From positions 62,001-126,000 of the IMG/VR virus record IMGVR_UViG_3300042691_042003: a DNA stretch of 64,000 nucleotides. One strand, written 5' to 3'. Each line of letters begins with the position of its first letter. The first letter of the stretch is position 1. A model generated the notes under the pieces. It saw only the letters and a program-made list of their open reading frames with translations, did no database searches and had not been told where the DNA came from. The position numbers and the translations under genes were made by a program. Below are positions 28,259-36,777 of the stretch, piece after piece.

Positions 28259-28313
28259 TGTTAATAAAAAATGTAAAAAAATTTTTTTATTTAGAGATTT
28301 TTTATTATATTTG
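28259..28313 (+). promoter_or_regulatory. Host-type early promoter
   Basis: TGTTAATAA 28259; TATATTTG (TAnnTTTG) 28306-28313. Confidence 0.72.
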
Positions 28314-28334
28314 TATAAATCAAATTAGTAAAAT

Positions 28335-28532
28335 ATGATAAAAATTCCTAAGTACTTGCTTCACATTCTTGGTGCTCTGTTTTTTGCTGCACTTTCCATC
28401 ACAACTATGTTTGGAATTCTTCAGCAATATCTCTACTTCGAAAATGTGTTTAGTGAAATTTTCTTTTGTTCTCTTATGGCAATGACAAGTTTCGTCTTTT
28501 CTATATCCGCTTACACACTTAAAATTCGTTAA
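28335..28532 (+). CDS. Small two-helix membrane protein
   Basis: 65 aa hydrophobic ORF right after the promoter. Confidence 0.65.
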   Translation: MIKIPKYLLHILGALFFAALSITTMFGILQQYLYFENVFSEIFFCSLMAMTSFVFSISAYTLKIR

Positions 28533-28533
28533 T

Positions 28534-28971
28534 ATGCAAATACAAAATTTATCATCTAGAAGGATTTCGGTTTATATCCGTAAAGCTAATCGTCTCCTTA
28601 AGAAAACAATCGAAGGAAAAGATCAAGATCTAAACGAAGTTCAAATTTCTTCTTATTCTCTTATTAAGAAGCTGATAAAGCATGACGATTCAGATTTGAT
28701 TTATTCTCCTATTTCAAACACATATTACATCGAAAATGGAGATTATTACGTTCGATTTACAAATAATTCTTTGACCGTCACGAATGGTAAATTTTCATAT
28801 TACGTTTGGTTACCGGACAAAAAAATGGAATCTCTACAATCCCTTTTTCATGCTAAACTTGAATCGAAAAAAGAAGTTTTAGATAAGAAGTACGATCGAA
28901 ATACTCTTAAAAGTTTCGAAGAAATTCATCAATCTCTTGAAAATAGAAGCTTCTTTGATACGGTGAAATAA
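28534..28971 (+). CDS. Hypothetical protein
   Basis: 145 aa ORF. Confidence 0.7.
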   Translation: MQIQNLSSRRISVYIRKANRLLKKTIEGKDQDLNEVQISSYSLIKKLIKHDDSDLIYSPISNTYYIENGDYYVRFTNNSLTVTNGKFSYYVWLPDKKMESLQSLFHAKLESKKEVLDKKYDRNTLKSFEEIHQSLENRSFFDTVK

Positions 28972-28972
28972 T

Positions 28973-28983
28973 CTTACATATAA
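28973..28983 (+). promoter_or_regulatory. Candidate middle promoter CTTACATATAA upstream of clamp loader
   Basis: Exact motif copy, 6 nt before the ATG. Confidence 0.55.
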
Positions 28984-28989
28984 TAAAAT

Positions 28990-29943
28990 ATGAATCCTAA
29001 AAAAGCACTTTGGACTGAAAGATATCGTCCTACTGATCTTGATGAACTTATAGTTCCTCAACGAGTTTACAATAAACTAAAAAATGGTGTTTATCAGAAT
29101 CTACTTCTTTATGGTGGTCCTGGTTCAGGTAAAACTTCTTCGGCTAAAATTCTAGCTAAAGATCATCCATCAATGTATATCAATTGTTCTTCTGAAACCG
29201 GTGTTGATACGGTAAGAACTAAAATTACAGAATTTTGTTCTTCTCTTTCTGTTATCGATGGTGAACGTAAACTTAAAGTTGTAATTCTTGATGAATTTGA
29301 TGGTGTTTCCGATGCTTATATGAAAGCACTACGTGGAACTATCGAACAATTTGAAAAAACTGCTCGTTTCGTAGCTACATGTAATTATTTTAATAAGATT
29401 CCAGATAATATTCAATCTCGTTTCGAATGTATTAATTTCGATTTCACTGAAGAAGAAGAAAAAGAAATCGAAGTAAAATACTTCAAACGAATCTATGAAA
29501 TCGTTAAAAACGAAGGAATGGAAATCGAAAAAGATGCTCTCGTTGAATTAGTTCGACGTAAATTTCCTGATCTTCGTTCTACAATTAATGTTCTTCAAGG
29601 ATACTTTGCCGAAGGAAAACTGAAAATTACTTCTGAAGATGTTAAAAAATTCCATGGTGTCTTTAAAGATCTTTATGAACATATTTTTAATCCTTCAAAC
29701 GACGAAGTAAAGAATTATCAATATCTCGTTTCAAATTATTCTTCTAAAGTCGAAGATGTTATTCAATCTTTAGGAACTGATTTTATCGAATATATTCAAA
29801 TGGAAAGACCTCAGCTTATGCGTAAAGTAGGTGAAATCTGTTACGAAGTAAACAAACATTCATTCGAATTACGTTTTGTAGTTGATCCTGTGATTACTAT
29901 GCTGTCTCTCGTTTATCGAATTCAAACAATCATCAGAAGCTAA
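28990..29943 (+). CDS. Clamp loader ATPase subunit (gp44 / RFC family)
   Basis: LWTERYRP, GGPGSGKTS, ILDEFD, ALRG.IE, TCN, IQSRF, FPDLR. Confidence 0.94.
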   Translation: MNPKKALWTERYRPTDLDELIVPQRVYNKLKNGVYQNLLLYGGPGSGKTSSAKILAKDHPSMYINCSSETGVDTVRTKITEFCSSLSVIDGERKLKVVILDEFDGVSDAYMKALRGTIEQFEKTARFVATCNYFNKIPDNIQSRFECINFDFTEEEEKEIEVKYFKRIYEIVKNEGMEIEKDALVELVRRKFPDLRSTINVLQGYFAEGKLKITSEDVKKFHGVFKDLYEHIFNPSNDEVKNYQYLVSNYSSKVEDVIQSLGTDFIEYIQMERPQLMRKVGEICYEVNKHSFELRFVVDPVITMLSLVYRIQTIIRS

Positions 29944-29952
29944 GTTATCGAA

Positions 29953-29960
29953 GATAAATA
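29953..29960 (+). promoter_or_regulatory. Candidate late promoter driving the internal-protein array
   Basis: GATAAATA 16 nt before the ATG at 29977. Confidence 0.55.
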
Positions 29961-29976
29961 ATAAAAAAGTTTTCGC

Positions 29977-30231
29977 ATGAAAAATTTCCCTTCTTATGAA
30001 GAATTCTTAAATGAAGGAAATTGGTCTCAAATGATGAAAGGTGTAAGAACTGGTTCGGTCCCTTACACTATTGTTGCTATCGATAGAGTAGCTAAAAAAG
30101 TCGTAGGCCAAGAAATCGTTAGTATTCGTGATGCAGTTCCTGCTTATTACGAAGATATGAAACGTAGATTCTCTAAGTTTCATTTACATATTGAAGATTC
30201 TACTGGAAAGGTAGTTTGGTCAGAAAAATAA
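29977..30231 (+). CDS. Leader-tagged putative internal protein 1 (MKNFPSYEEFLNE)
   Basis: Shared leader. Confidence 0.7.
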   Translation: MKNFPSYEEFLNEGNWSQMMKGVRTGSVPYTIVAIDRVAKKVVGQEIVSIRDAVPAYYEDMKRRFSKFHLHIEDSTGKVVWSEK

Positions 30232-30239
30232 AATCAGAA

Positions 30240-30617
30240 ATGAACACACATATTAAATCATTTAATGAATTCCTTAATGAAAGTGTAAATGATCCTGTTC
30301 TCGTTGCTTTACGTGCTGCTAAAGAAGATCGTAAAAAGATGATGATGGATAAGAAAGAAAGAATGAAAAGGCGAGTTTACGGTGCAAAACGTGAACAAAT
30401 GGAAGCTGAGCTAGATAAAATCTGGCAAGAAATTAAGGATAATAAGCAGCAACAATCTGATCTTTGGAGAGAAATGGAAGCCGAGGCCGGTGATAAGAGC
30501 CCAAACTTTTCAGATGCAGATGGCAACCGTTATGGTCAAAAATTCAACGATCTTGATGATGAATTAGAAAAGCTTTATCGTCGTCGTTCTGAATTAGAAA
30601 CAAAATTAGCATATTAA
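30240..30617 (+). CDS. Leader-tagged putative internal protein 2 (MNTHIKSFNEFLNE), coiled coil
   Basis: ATG 30240 preferred over TTG 30216; shared leader. Confidence 0.7.
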   Translation: MNTHIKSFNEFLNESVNDPVLVALRAAKEDRKKMMMDKKERMKRRVYGAKREQMEAELDKIWQEIKDNKQQQSDLWREMEAEAGDKSPNFSDADGNRYGQKFNDLDDELEKLYRRRSELETKLAY

Positions 30618-30618
30618 G

Positions 30619-30870
30619 ATGAATCATATTCCTTCATTTGAAGAATTTTTAAACGAAAGTTCTCATTATAAAATTGACGATTTCCAAGTTGGAGATGTTA
30701 TTCACTTTAAAGATGGTGAAGCTTGGAAAGTTGTTAAAGTTAATAATATAAGAGATTTAATCTCAGTATTTCCTCATAATAAGTTAGCAAAAGATAAAAA
30801 CGTTAGCATAACGATAGAATTAAGACTTAAATATCTTAATGATAACGTAACAAAAATTGAAAAGTCTTAA
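30619..30870 (+). CDS. Leader-tagged putative internal protein 3 (MNHIPSFEEFLNE), SH3-like body
   Basis: Shared leader; FQVGDVIHF..G..WKVV. Confidence 0.7.
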   Translation: MNHIPSFEEFLNESSHYKIDDFQVGDVIHFKDGEAWKVVKVNNIRDLISVFPHNKLAKDKNVSITIELRLKYLNDNVTKIEKS

Positions 30871-30871
30871 T

Positions 30872-31699
30872 ATGAAAAATATCCCTTCTTTTGAAGAATT
30901 CGTAAACGAAAGTTTGAACGAATCTCTTAGCTTAACTCTTAGGGATGTTCCTAAAATCGTTAAGGATTTCGTTTCGAGGACTAAATATATCAAAAATCTT
31001 AAAGAAAAAGATTGGTTAACTGCATCGGAAATTATCATAGTAACTGATAAAGATTTTGATATAAAAGGTAAATCAACAACTGGCAATTATATGTTGCTAG
31101 GACTTTATAAAACTTATGGACCTGTTTATAAAGTTGAATGGGCATCCGTAAGACCTGATATGAAATATCCTGCTAATGCTGGAATCTATAATAAAGAGAT
31201 TGATAAAGCCACATGGGAAAAACTAAAAAATGCCCATGAAAGAAAAATGATCGATCCAAAAAGTCTTACGGCTAATGATATTAAAAACACAGGAGATCTT
31301 TTAGGTAAATTCATAACCGATGAAATTAATACATCTTCGGTTCCTGTTAAAGGTCAATTTGATCCAACAAATTCAGGATCAATTAAAATGGAAATTGAAA
31401 GTGCTTATAAAGATTCAGAAGTTAGTATCGTTAGAGGAGATAATGTAAGAGTAGATTTCTACTTTAAACGTGCTGGTGATGGCCGTAATGTTGCTAAAAC
31501 TAATCTATTCTTTATCATAGATCCTTCTCAACAATCGGTAGAATTTAAAAATCCTGATGTTAGTGGTCTTAGTAGAGCAAACTACAGAAATATGAGAGAT
31601 ATTTCAGCATTCTTTAAGAGTTCTATTCAAGCTTGGAAGGATGAAGATAAGAGAAGATCAGATGCTATGCAACAAACAGCATTTAGTCAAGATAGATAA
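30872..31699 (+). CDS. Leader-tagged putative internal protein 4 (MKNIPSFEEFVNESLNE)
   Basis: ATG 30872 preferred over TTG 30857; shared leader. Confidence 0.7.
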   Translation: MKNIPSFEEFVNESLNESLSLTLRDVPKIVKDFVSRTKYIKNLKEKDWLTASEIIIVTDKDFDIKGKSTTGNYMLLGLYKTYGPVYKVEWASVRPDMKYPANAGIYNKEIDKATWEKLKNAHERKMIDPKSLTANDIKNTGDLLGKFITDEINTSSVPVKGQFDPTNSGSIKMEIESAYKDSEVSIVRGDNVRVDFYFKRAGDGRNVAKTNLFFIIDPSQQSVEFKNPDVSGLSRANYRNMRDISAFFKSSIQAWKDEDKRRSDAMQQTAFSQDR

Positions 31700-31714
31700 A
31701 AAAATAAAACAATA

Positions 31715-32014
31715 ATGAATAATCATATTCCATCATTTGATGAATTTTTAAATGAAAGTTCTCTTCAAGGAACTCCTAAATTTCTTCCAGGTAAAGCTGC
31801 TATTGCTTATGGTGATGAAGAAGGTAAAATCGTAGCTGCTGAATTTGCTAAAGATTGGAAGAAACTTAAGAAATACGACGAAACCGGTTGGTTAGATCCT
31901 ACTGAAATGAAAAACATGGGAATCGAACCTACAGATATTCTCGTAGCCTTCAAAGATTCTGAAGGAGGAATTAATGTATACACTTACGGTGAAGGAGGTG
32001 TAGAGCTAAAATAA
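31715..32014 (+). CDS. Leader-tagged putative internal protein 5 (MNNHIPSFDEFLNE)
   Basis: Shared leader. Confidence 0.7.
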   Translation: MNNHIPSFDEFLNESSLQGTPKFLPGKAAIAYGDEEGKIVAAEFAKDWKKLKKYDETGWLDPTEMKNMGIEPTDILVAFKDSEGGINVYTYGEGGVELK

Positions 32015-32025
32015 AAAATTAAAAA

Positions 32026-32583
32026 GTGAAACATATACAATCGTTCGACGAATTCATTAATGAATCAGAAGATCAGAATCTTCCTCTTAATGAAAATAAT
32101 TTAGTTTATATTAAAGATAAGAAATTTAAATCTTCACAAGATATTATGAATTTCTTTCAGAAAAATGCAGGTTCCGCTTTTGAAAAATTTATTTCTGATA
32201 AAATGGGAGTGAAAGCTAAAGCTGTAACTGGAGTTTCCAGAAGAGGTGATGCTGTTAATATTTCTACACAACCAATTTCTAAAAAAGATTTAGGAATTTT
32301 TGGATTTGTTTTTAGTGAAGTATCTATCGATTCTTTTGGTGGAGGTATAATTGAACATCAAATGGTAAATAATATGCAATTTGAATTTTGTCCTGCTATC
32401 TTCTTTAGATTACATGTTAGTTATAAACATATAGGAGGTGGTTCTAACGGTGCCGATATTGTACTTCCTAGTAATGATCCTTACAATACTCTTATTATGT
32501 ACGATATCGTAGAAAATCGTTTTCTAGATCAGGCCGAAGCTAAAGCTTCTAAAACTAAATATTGGGTCGAAGGATCTTGGTAA
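32026..32583 (+). CDS. Leader-tagged putative internal protein 6 (MKHIQSFDEFINE)
   Basis: GTG start; shared leader; second LNE/N site. Confidence 0.7.
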   Translation: MKHIQSFDEFINESEDQNLPLNENNLVYIKDKKFKSSQDIMNFFQKNAGSAFEKFISDKMGVKAKAVTGVSRRGDAVNISTQPISKKDLGIFGFVFSEVSIDSFGGGIIEHQMVNNMQFEFCPAIFFRLHVSYKHIGGGSNGADIVLPSNDPYNTLIMYDIVENRFLDQAEAKASKTKYWVEGSW

Positions 32584-32599
32584 AAATAAAATTTAAATA

Positions 32600-33427
32600 G
32601 TGAAACATATAAAATCATTTGACGAATTTTTAAACGAAGGTCTTAACGAGGCTAATATCTCATTCTATAAAAATGTAGTTCAGCAAGCTATTAAAGATGC
32701 TTTAGGGCATGATGTAAAACAATCTGATGTTAAAGTAGGAGCAAAAAAGCAAAGTGGAGGATATGATTTGATTACTCTTAATGGAAAACTTCTTTGCTCT
32801 TCTTCTCAACACGATGAAATGCTTCGTTCTGCAACTAATGCAATTAAAGAAGATCCTGCTAAGTATGGTTTGAAAGAATCTGCAATGAACGAAGCAATGA
32901 CTTTCGATGATGCTGTAAAGCAATTTACTGCAAATCCTTATGGAATTGGTGCTAGTCGAGTTCATGTTGTAGGAGATGAAGAACATCATGTTAAAGGTCA
33001 TAGAATTCTTAAATTCTTTCATTCAACTGCTTTCGATAGAGATAAAACTATGGCTAAACTAAAAACTCTAGGTTTTAGCGCAAAGAACATGACAAAGAAC
33101 ATGACCGATAAAGGATATATGTTCAGATATTATATAAGCCTTTTTGAAGGAGCAGTAAATGAAGATTCTATTGATGAAGCTGCTAAATGGCCTCTAACCG
33201 ATAAAATTGACAGTAAAACTTTTTATGATATGTGGGCTTCTTTAGATGTTGCTACTCAAAATCTCAGTGATTATATGGATGAAGCAAATAAAGGAAAAGA
33301 AAGTGATGCTCTATTCTCTTTGAAAGTTGCTTATGATGAGCTAACTGATTTAATGAAAAGTAAGACAATCGAAAAGCAGCTAAAAGCTATTGCAGAAGAG
33401 CTAAAAGATAAAAATGCACTTAAATAA
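32600..33427 (+). CDS. Leader-tagged putative internal polyprotein 7 (MKHIKSFDEFLNEGLNE)
   Basis: GTG start; shared leader; clustered internal sites LKE/SAMNE/A and LFE/GAVNE/DSIDE/A. Confidence 0.7.
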   Translation: MKHIKSFDEFLNEGLNEANISFYKNVVQQAIKDALGHDVKQSDVKVGAKKQSGGYDLITLNGKLLCSSSQHDEMLRSATNAIKEDPAKYGLKESAMNEAMTFDDAVKQFTANPYGIGASRVHVVGDEEHHVKGHRILKFFHSTAFDRDKTMAKLKTLGFSAKNMTKNMTDKGYMFRYYISLFEGAVNEDSIDEAAKWPLTDKIDSKTFYDMWASLDVATQNLSDYMDEANKGKESDALFSLKVAYDELTDLMKSKTIEKQLKAIAEELKDKNALK

Positions 33428-33429
33428 TT

Positions 33430-33669
33430 ATGAAGAATATTCCCTCTTTCGAAGAATTCTTAAATGAAGCTGCAAGAGTCGATACATTTCCTTACAAAGC
33501 TTCACATTCTAAAGATCCTAAAGGTTTTGGACTTTGGTATTTTAGTTTCAGTAAAGATGGTTCCGATTCCTTTTCCCCTGAAAAATCTATGAGTTACGGA
33601 GATGCTTTGAAATGGGCACAAGCTCAAGCAAAAGAAAAGAAACAATCTGTTATTTATGTAATGGGATAA
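33430..33669 (+). CDS. Leader-tagged putative internal protein 8 (MKNIPSFEEFLNE)
   Basis: Shared leader. Confidence 0.7.
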   Translation: MKNIPSFEEFLNEAARVDTFPYKASHSKDPKGFGLWYFSFSKDGSDSFSPEKSMSYGDALKWAQAQAKEKKQSVIYVMG

Positions 33670-33682
33670 AAAAATTTAAAAT

Positions 33683-33738
33683 TGTTAATAATTTTTTGGC
33701 TCGGCATTTTTTTATGTCGAGCTTTTTTATTATATTTG
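33683..33738 (+). promoter_or_regulatory. Host-type early promoter
   Basis: TGTTAATAA 33683; TATATTTG 33731-33738. Confidence 0.72.
33699..33728 (+). terminator. Rho-independent terminator ending the array, embedded in the promoter
   Basis: GCTCGGCAT...ATGTCGAGC stem followed by TTTTTT. Confidence 0.75.
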
Positions 33739-33783
33739 TACTATACTCATTTAAAAAGCATATAATTAAAAAATCATTGTATA

Positions 33784-35037
33784 ATGACTGGTAAGTACAC
33801 ATTAATCTTCGACGGTAACTTTTGGTTACACAAAACCTATTTTATAGGTCAAAAAATCAAGCAAGGCAAACCCTTCAATTTCATCGACGAACCGGATCAA
33901 GATAAAAATCTTCTTCTTTGGAAACTCTCTGTCGACTTCGCTGCTGAAATCAAACGCTTCGAAGGAATCACTAATCGAATTGTTTATACAGTCGATTCTT
34001 CTTCTTGGCGAAAAACATTTCATCCTGAATCCGAATATAAAGCTAATCGAGTAAAATCTTCGGAAATCAATTGGTCTCTTATTTACGATGTCCATAACGA
34101 ATTTATCCAATCTCTTGAAAAGATGGGCATCATTATTTCTCGTGTTCGAAATGCCGAAGCCGACGATCTTATCTTTGCTTGGTCTTCTCATCTAAATCAA
34201 CAAGGACAAAATGCACTTATTATCTCAGGTGATAACGATCTTCTACAACTCGTAAATCACGATAAATCTTCAGGTGCAAACACTCTTTATTACAATAAAT
34301 TCGATAAAGATCTACACGTTTTCTCGGGTTTTCAAAATTGGCTCGATATCGAAGAAATCACTAACGATATCTTCAATCTTCCCGTCGATCTCGTTTCTAA
34401 TACAAAAACTCATCTTCGTCAAATTATTAAAACCAATAAAATGAAAATCGACGAAGTCAATACAAACGAATTTATTTTTAAGAAAATTCTTCTAGGTGAT
34501 TCAGGCGATAACGTTTCTCCTCTTCATGTTACTATTAAAGAAACAAAATCAGGTCCTAAACGATTTGCCGTAACAGAAAATCATTCTAATCTAATTCTTA
34601 ATGAATTTAAAACCGATAAGGTTTTCGTAAATCAATCTCATCTATTCAACGAAGAATACATCAATCAAATCTGCGAAATTGCTAAGCGAGTAATTAAAAT
34701 CGAAAAGCCTATCGAAGAAATTCGTACTAAATGGGAACTTAATCGTAATCTTGTCTTTCTTCATAAAAAATGTATTCCTGAATCAGTTCTTACTTCAATG
34801 TTCGAACAAATCGAAGGATGTAATTTAACTCATTTTTCTGCTCTTGAATTACATAATCTTATGAATAAGGACGAAATTCTTAAAGGAACCACTTACGTAA
34901 AAGAAAAAGTCGATTCTTTTAATGAATCAGGAATTTTTAAATCTTCTATGAAGAAAGAATCTCCAATTGAAAATGTAAAAATAGTCGAAAAACAAAGTGG
35001 ATTCGATGATTCATTTTGGAAAGACCTCTTAAAATAA
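33784..35037 (+). CDS. rnh: 5'-3' exonuclease / T4 RNase H (FEN family)
   Basis: LIFDGN, SWRK, YKANR, EADD, SGDNDLLQL, GDSGDNV. Confidence 0.9.
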   Translation: MTGKYTLIFDGNFWLHKTYFIGQKIKQGKPFNFIDEPDQDKNLLLWKLSVDFAAEIKRFEGITNRIVYTVDSSSWRKTFHPESEYKANRVKSSEINWSLIYDVHNEFIQSLEKMGIIISRVRNAEADDLIFAWSSHLNQQGQNALIISGDNDLLQLVNHDKSSGANTLYYNKFDKDLHVFSGFQNWLDIEEITNDIFNLPVDLVSNTKTHLRQIIKTNKMKIDEVNTNEFIFKKILLGDSGDNVSPLHVTIKETKSGPKRFAVTENHSNLILNEFKTDKVFVNQSHLFNEEYINQICEIAKRVIKIEKPIEEIRTKWELNRNLVFLHKKCIPESVLTSMFEQIEGCNLTHFSALELHNLMNKDEILKGTTYVKEKVDSFNESGIFKSSMKKESPIENVKIVEKQSGFDDSFWKDLLK

Positions 35038-35038
35038 T

Positions 35039-35263
35039 ATGTTAGAATTCTCAAAAACTCGAACAGGCAAGAAATTTATCGAAAACGATATTCCTGCTTT
35101 AGTCCTAGCTTTAAGTAAGCTTACTGAATCAATTAACGAATCGAATAAAATCGAAGAAAAAAAATTAGTCTTAGAACAGAAACGTTATATAACAGAAAAA
35201 AATGCCGGAATTACCAGAAGTAGCGAGGACGACAATATCGCTGAACAATCGATTACAGAATAA
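35039..35263 (+). CDS. Hypothetical protein
   Basis: 74 aa; EFSKTRTGKKFIENDIP.L; overlaps the fpg start. Confidence 0.55.
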   Translation: MLEFSKTRTGKKFIENDIPALVLALSKLTESINESNKIEEKKLVLEQKRYITEKNAGITRSSEDDNIAEQSITE

Positions 35264-36020
35264 GGAAATTTCTGAAGTTATCATACATTCGGGTCGCTAT
35301 ATGAGACATGGCGACCCGATTGGTTTAGATAGGTTTCGATTAGATCTTCCTGCAAAAGTAGACTCTGTAAATTTCTATGGAAAATTTATTCTTTTCGAAT
35401 TAACTAGTAGAGAAGGAAAAAAATGGTGGATTTGGAATACTTTAGGAATGTCAGGTGGATGGAGAAATGAACATTCTAAGCATGGACATGTCGAATTAAA
35501 ATCAGAAGGATTCTCTGTATTTTTTACCGATGCAAGGAATTTCGGAACAATGAAATTTATAGATTCAAAATCTTTAACTGAAAGAAAAATTTCTTCAATA
35601 GGACCAAATCATCTCGCTAATGATATTTCAGATGAACTTTTCGAACAAAGATTAATGAAATATCCTGAATCTACTATGCCTCAGGTTTTAATGAATCAAA
35701 ATCTTATTGGAGGGATAGGTAATTATATTAAAGCTGAAATCCTTTACAGAGCAGGTGTTTCCCCTCATCGGAAAGTAAAAGAACTTACTAAAGAAGAATT
35801 TTCAAAATTAAATAAAGCTACTGCTGAAGTTGTTAGAAGCTCTTTCGTTAATGGAGGAGCTTCTTTTCATTCTTACTTTGGAATGGATTGGGAAGAAGGT
35901 AAATTTCCTTTTTATTTTAAGGTTTATGGAAGAGATGTTTGCGAACGAGGATATAAAGTCGTAAGAGAAAATACTCTTGATGGAAGAGCAACTTGGTGGG
36001 TTCCTGAAATACAAAAATAA
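35202..36020 (+). CDS. Fpg/Nei family DNA glycosylase-AP lyase, no C4 zinc finger
   Basis: MPELPEV catalytic start, GK, LGMSG, DARNFG, H2TH LMNQ...GIGNYIKAEILY; C-terminal GRATWWVP. Confidence 0.92.
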   Translation: MPELPEVARTTISLNNRLQNKEISEVIIHSGRYMRHGDPIGLDRFRLDLPAKVDSVNFYGKFILFELTSREGKKWWIWNTLGMSGGWRNEHSKHGHVELKSEGFSVFFTDARNFGTMKFIDSKSLTERKISSIGPNHLANDISDELFEQRLMKYPESTMPQVLMNQNLIGGIGNYIKAEILYRAGVSPHRKVKELTKEEFSKLNKATAEVVRSSFVNGGASFHSYFGMDWEEGKFPFYFKVYGRDVCERGYKVVRENTLDGRATWWVPEIQK

Positions 36021-36021
36021 A

Positions 36022-36351
36022 ATGAAAAGAACAAAAGCTCTACATAGAAAAATCATTAAAGAATATAAAGACGCTACACCATTTGAAATATGGGAAGGAC
36101 TAAGAGATAATTTTACTTTTGGATTTATCGGTGCTACTCTTGTAGTTTTTATCTCTACAAAAACAGATTTAGGAGTTTTATTTGGTTATTTAGCTTATTA
36201 CTTCTTTATGGGAAAAATAGTAAATAGGCCTAAGTATGTTACGGATTTAGGAAAATTAATTGTTTTTCCGATTCCTTCGGCTTTAGGAGCATTTACCGGA
36301 TATAAGGTCTCTTCATATCTGATAGAAACATTCATTCACAGTTTAAAATAA
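36022..36351 (+). CDS. Membrane protein
   Basis: ATG 36022; three hydrophobic segments. Confidence 0.7.
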   Translation: MKRTKALHRKIIKEYKDATPFEIWEGLRDNFTFGFIGATLVVFISTKTDLGVLFGYLAYYFFMGKIVNRPKYVTDLGKLIVFPIPSALGAFTGYKVSSYLIETFIHSLK

Positions 36352-36366
36352 TAGCATATAATATTT

Positions 36367-36777
36367 ATGGAACTATTCGATTTTACAAAAGTAATTTTTA
36401 CAAACCCAAAGGAATATACTAAAACAAAAAATTCTGAAAAGGCTAAACATTTTTTTATGATTCAAAGGTTTTTTAGTATAAAATTTCCTACAACCGCACA
36501 GTCTCTTAATAGAAATGGAATTAATCCTTGGGCTGTTATGGATCTTTGGCATATTGTAGGATCTCGTTTCCAGAAAGTGCCAGGGTGGATATATACAAAG
36601 ACAAAAAAAGTACAAACAGAAAAAACTTGGAAACCTAATCCAGAAATTTCTAGAATTTGGAAAGAAAGAAATGGATTAGGAGAAAGAGAACTTCAATTTG
36701 CAATTAAGTTTAATCCAGAAGAAATGAAGAAAAGTTTTTCACTGTTGGAAAAACAAATTATTATGGATGATAAGTGA
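36367..36777 (+). CDS. Probable clamp loader small subunit (gp62-like)
   Basis: ELFDF..., FMIQRFFS..F...AQSLN pattern and size. Confidence 0.55.
   Translation: MELFDFTKVIFTNPKEYTKTKNSEKAKHFFMIQRFFSIKFPTTAQSLNRNGINPWAVMDLWHIVGSRFQKVPGWIYTKTKKVQTEKTWKPNPEISRIWKERNGLGERELQFAIKFNPEEMKKSFSLLEKQIIMDDK

Noticed and set aside
29977-33669. CRISPR-like, integron-like or DGR interpretation of the repeated leader DNA
   Set aside because: Repeats are in-frame coding sequence varying at synonymous positions; no palindromic repeats, attC-like sites, integrase, cas operon or reverse transcriptase in the window
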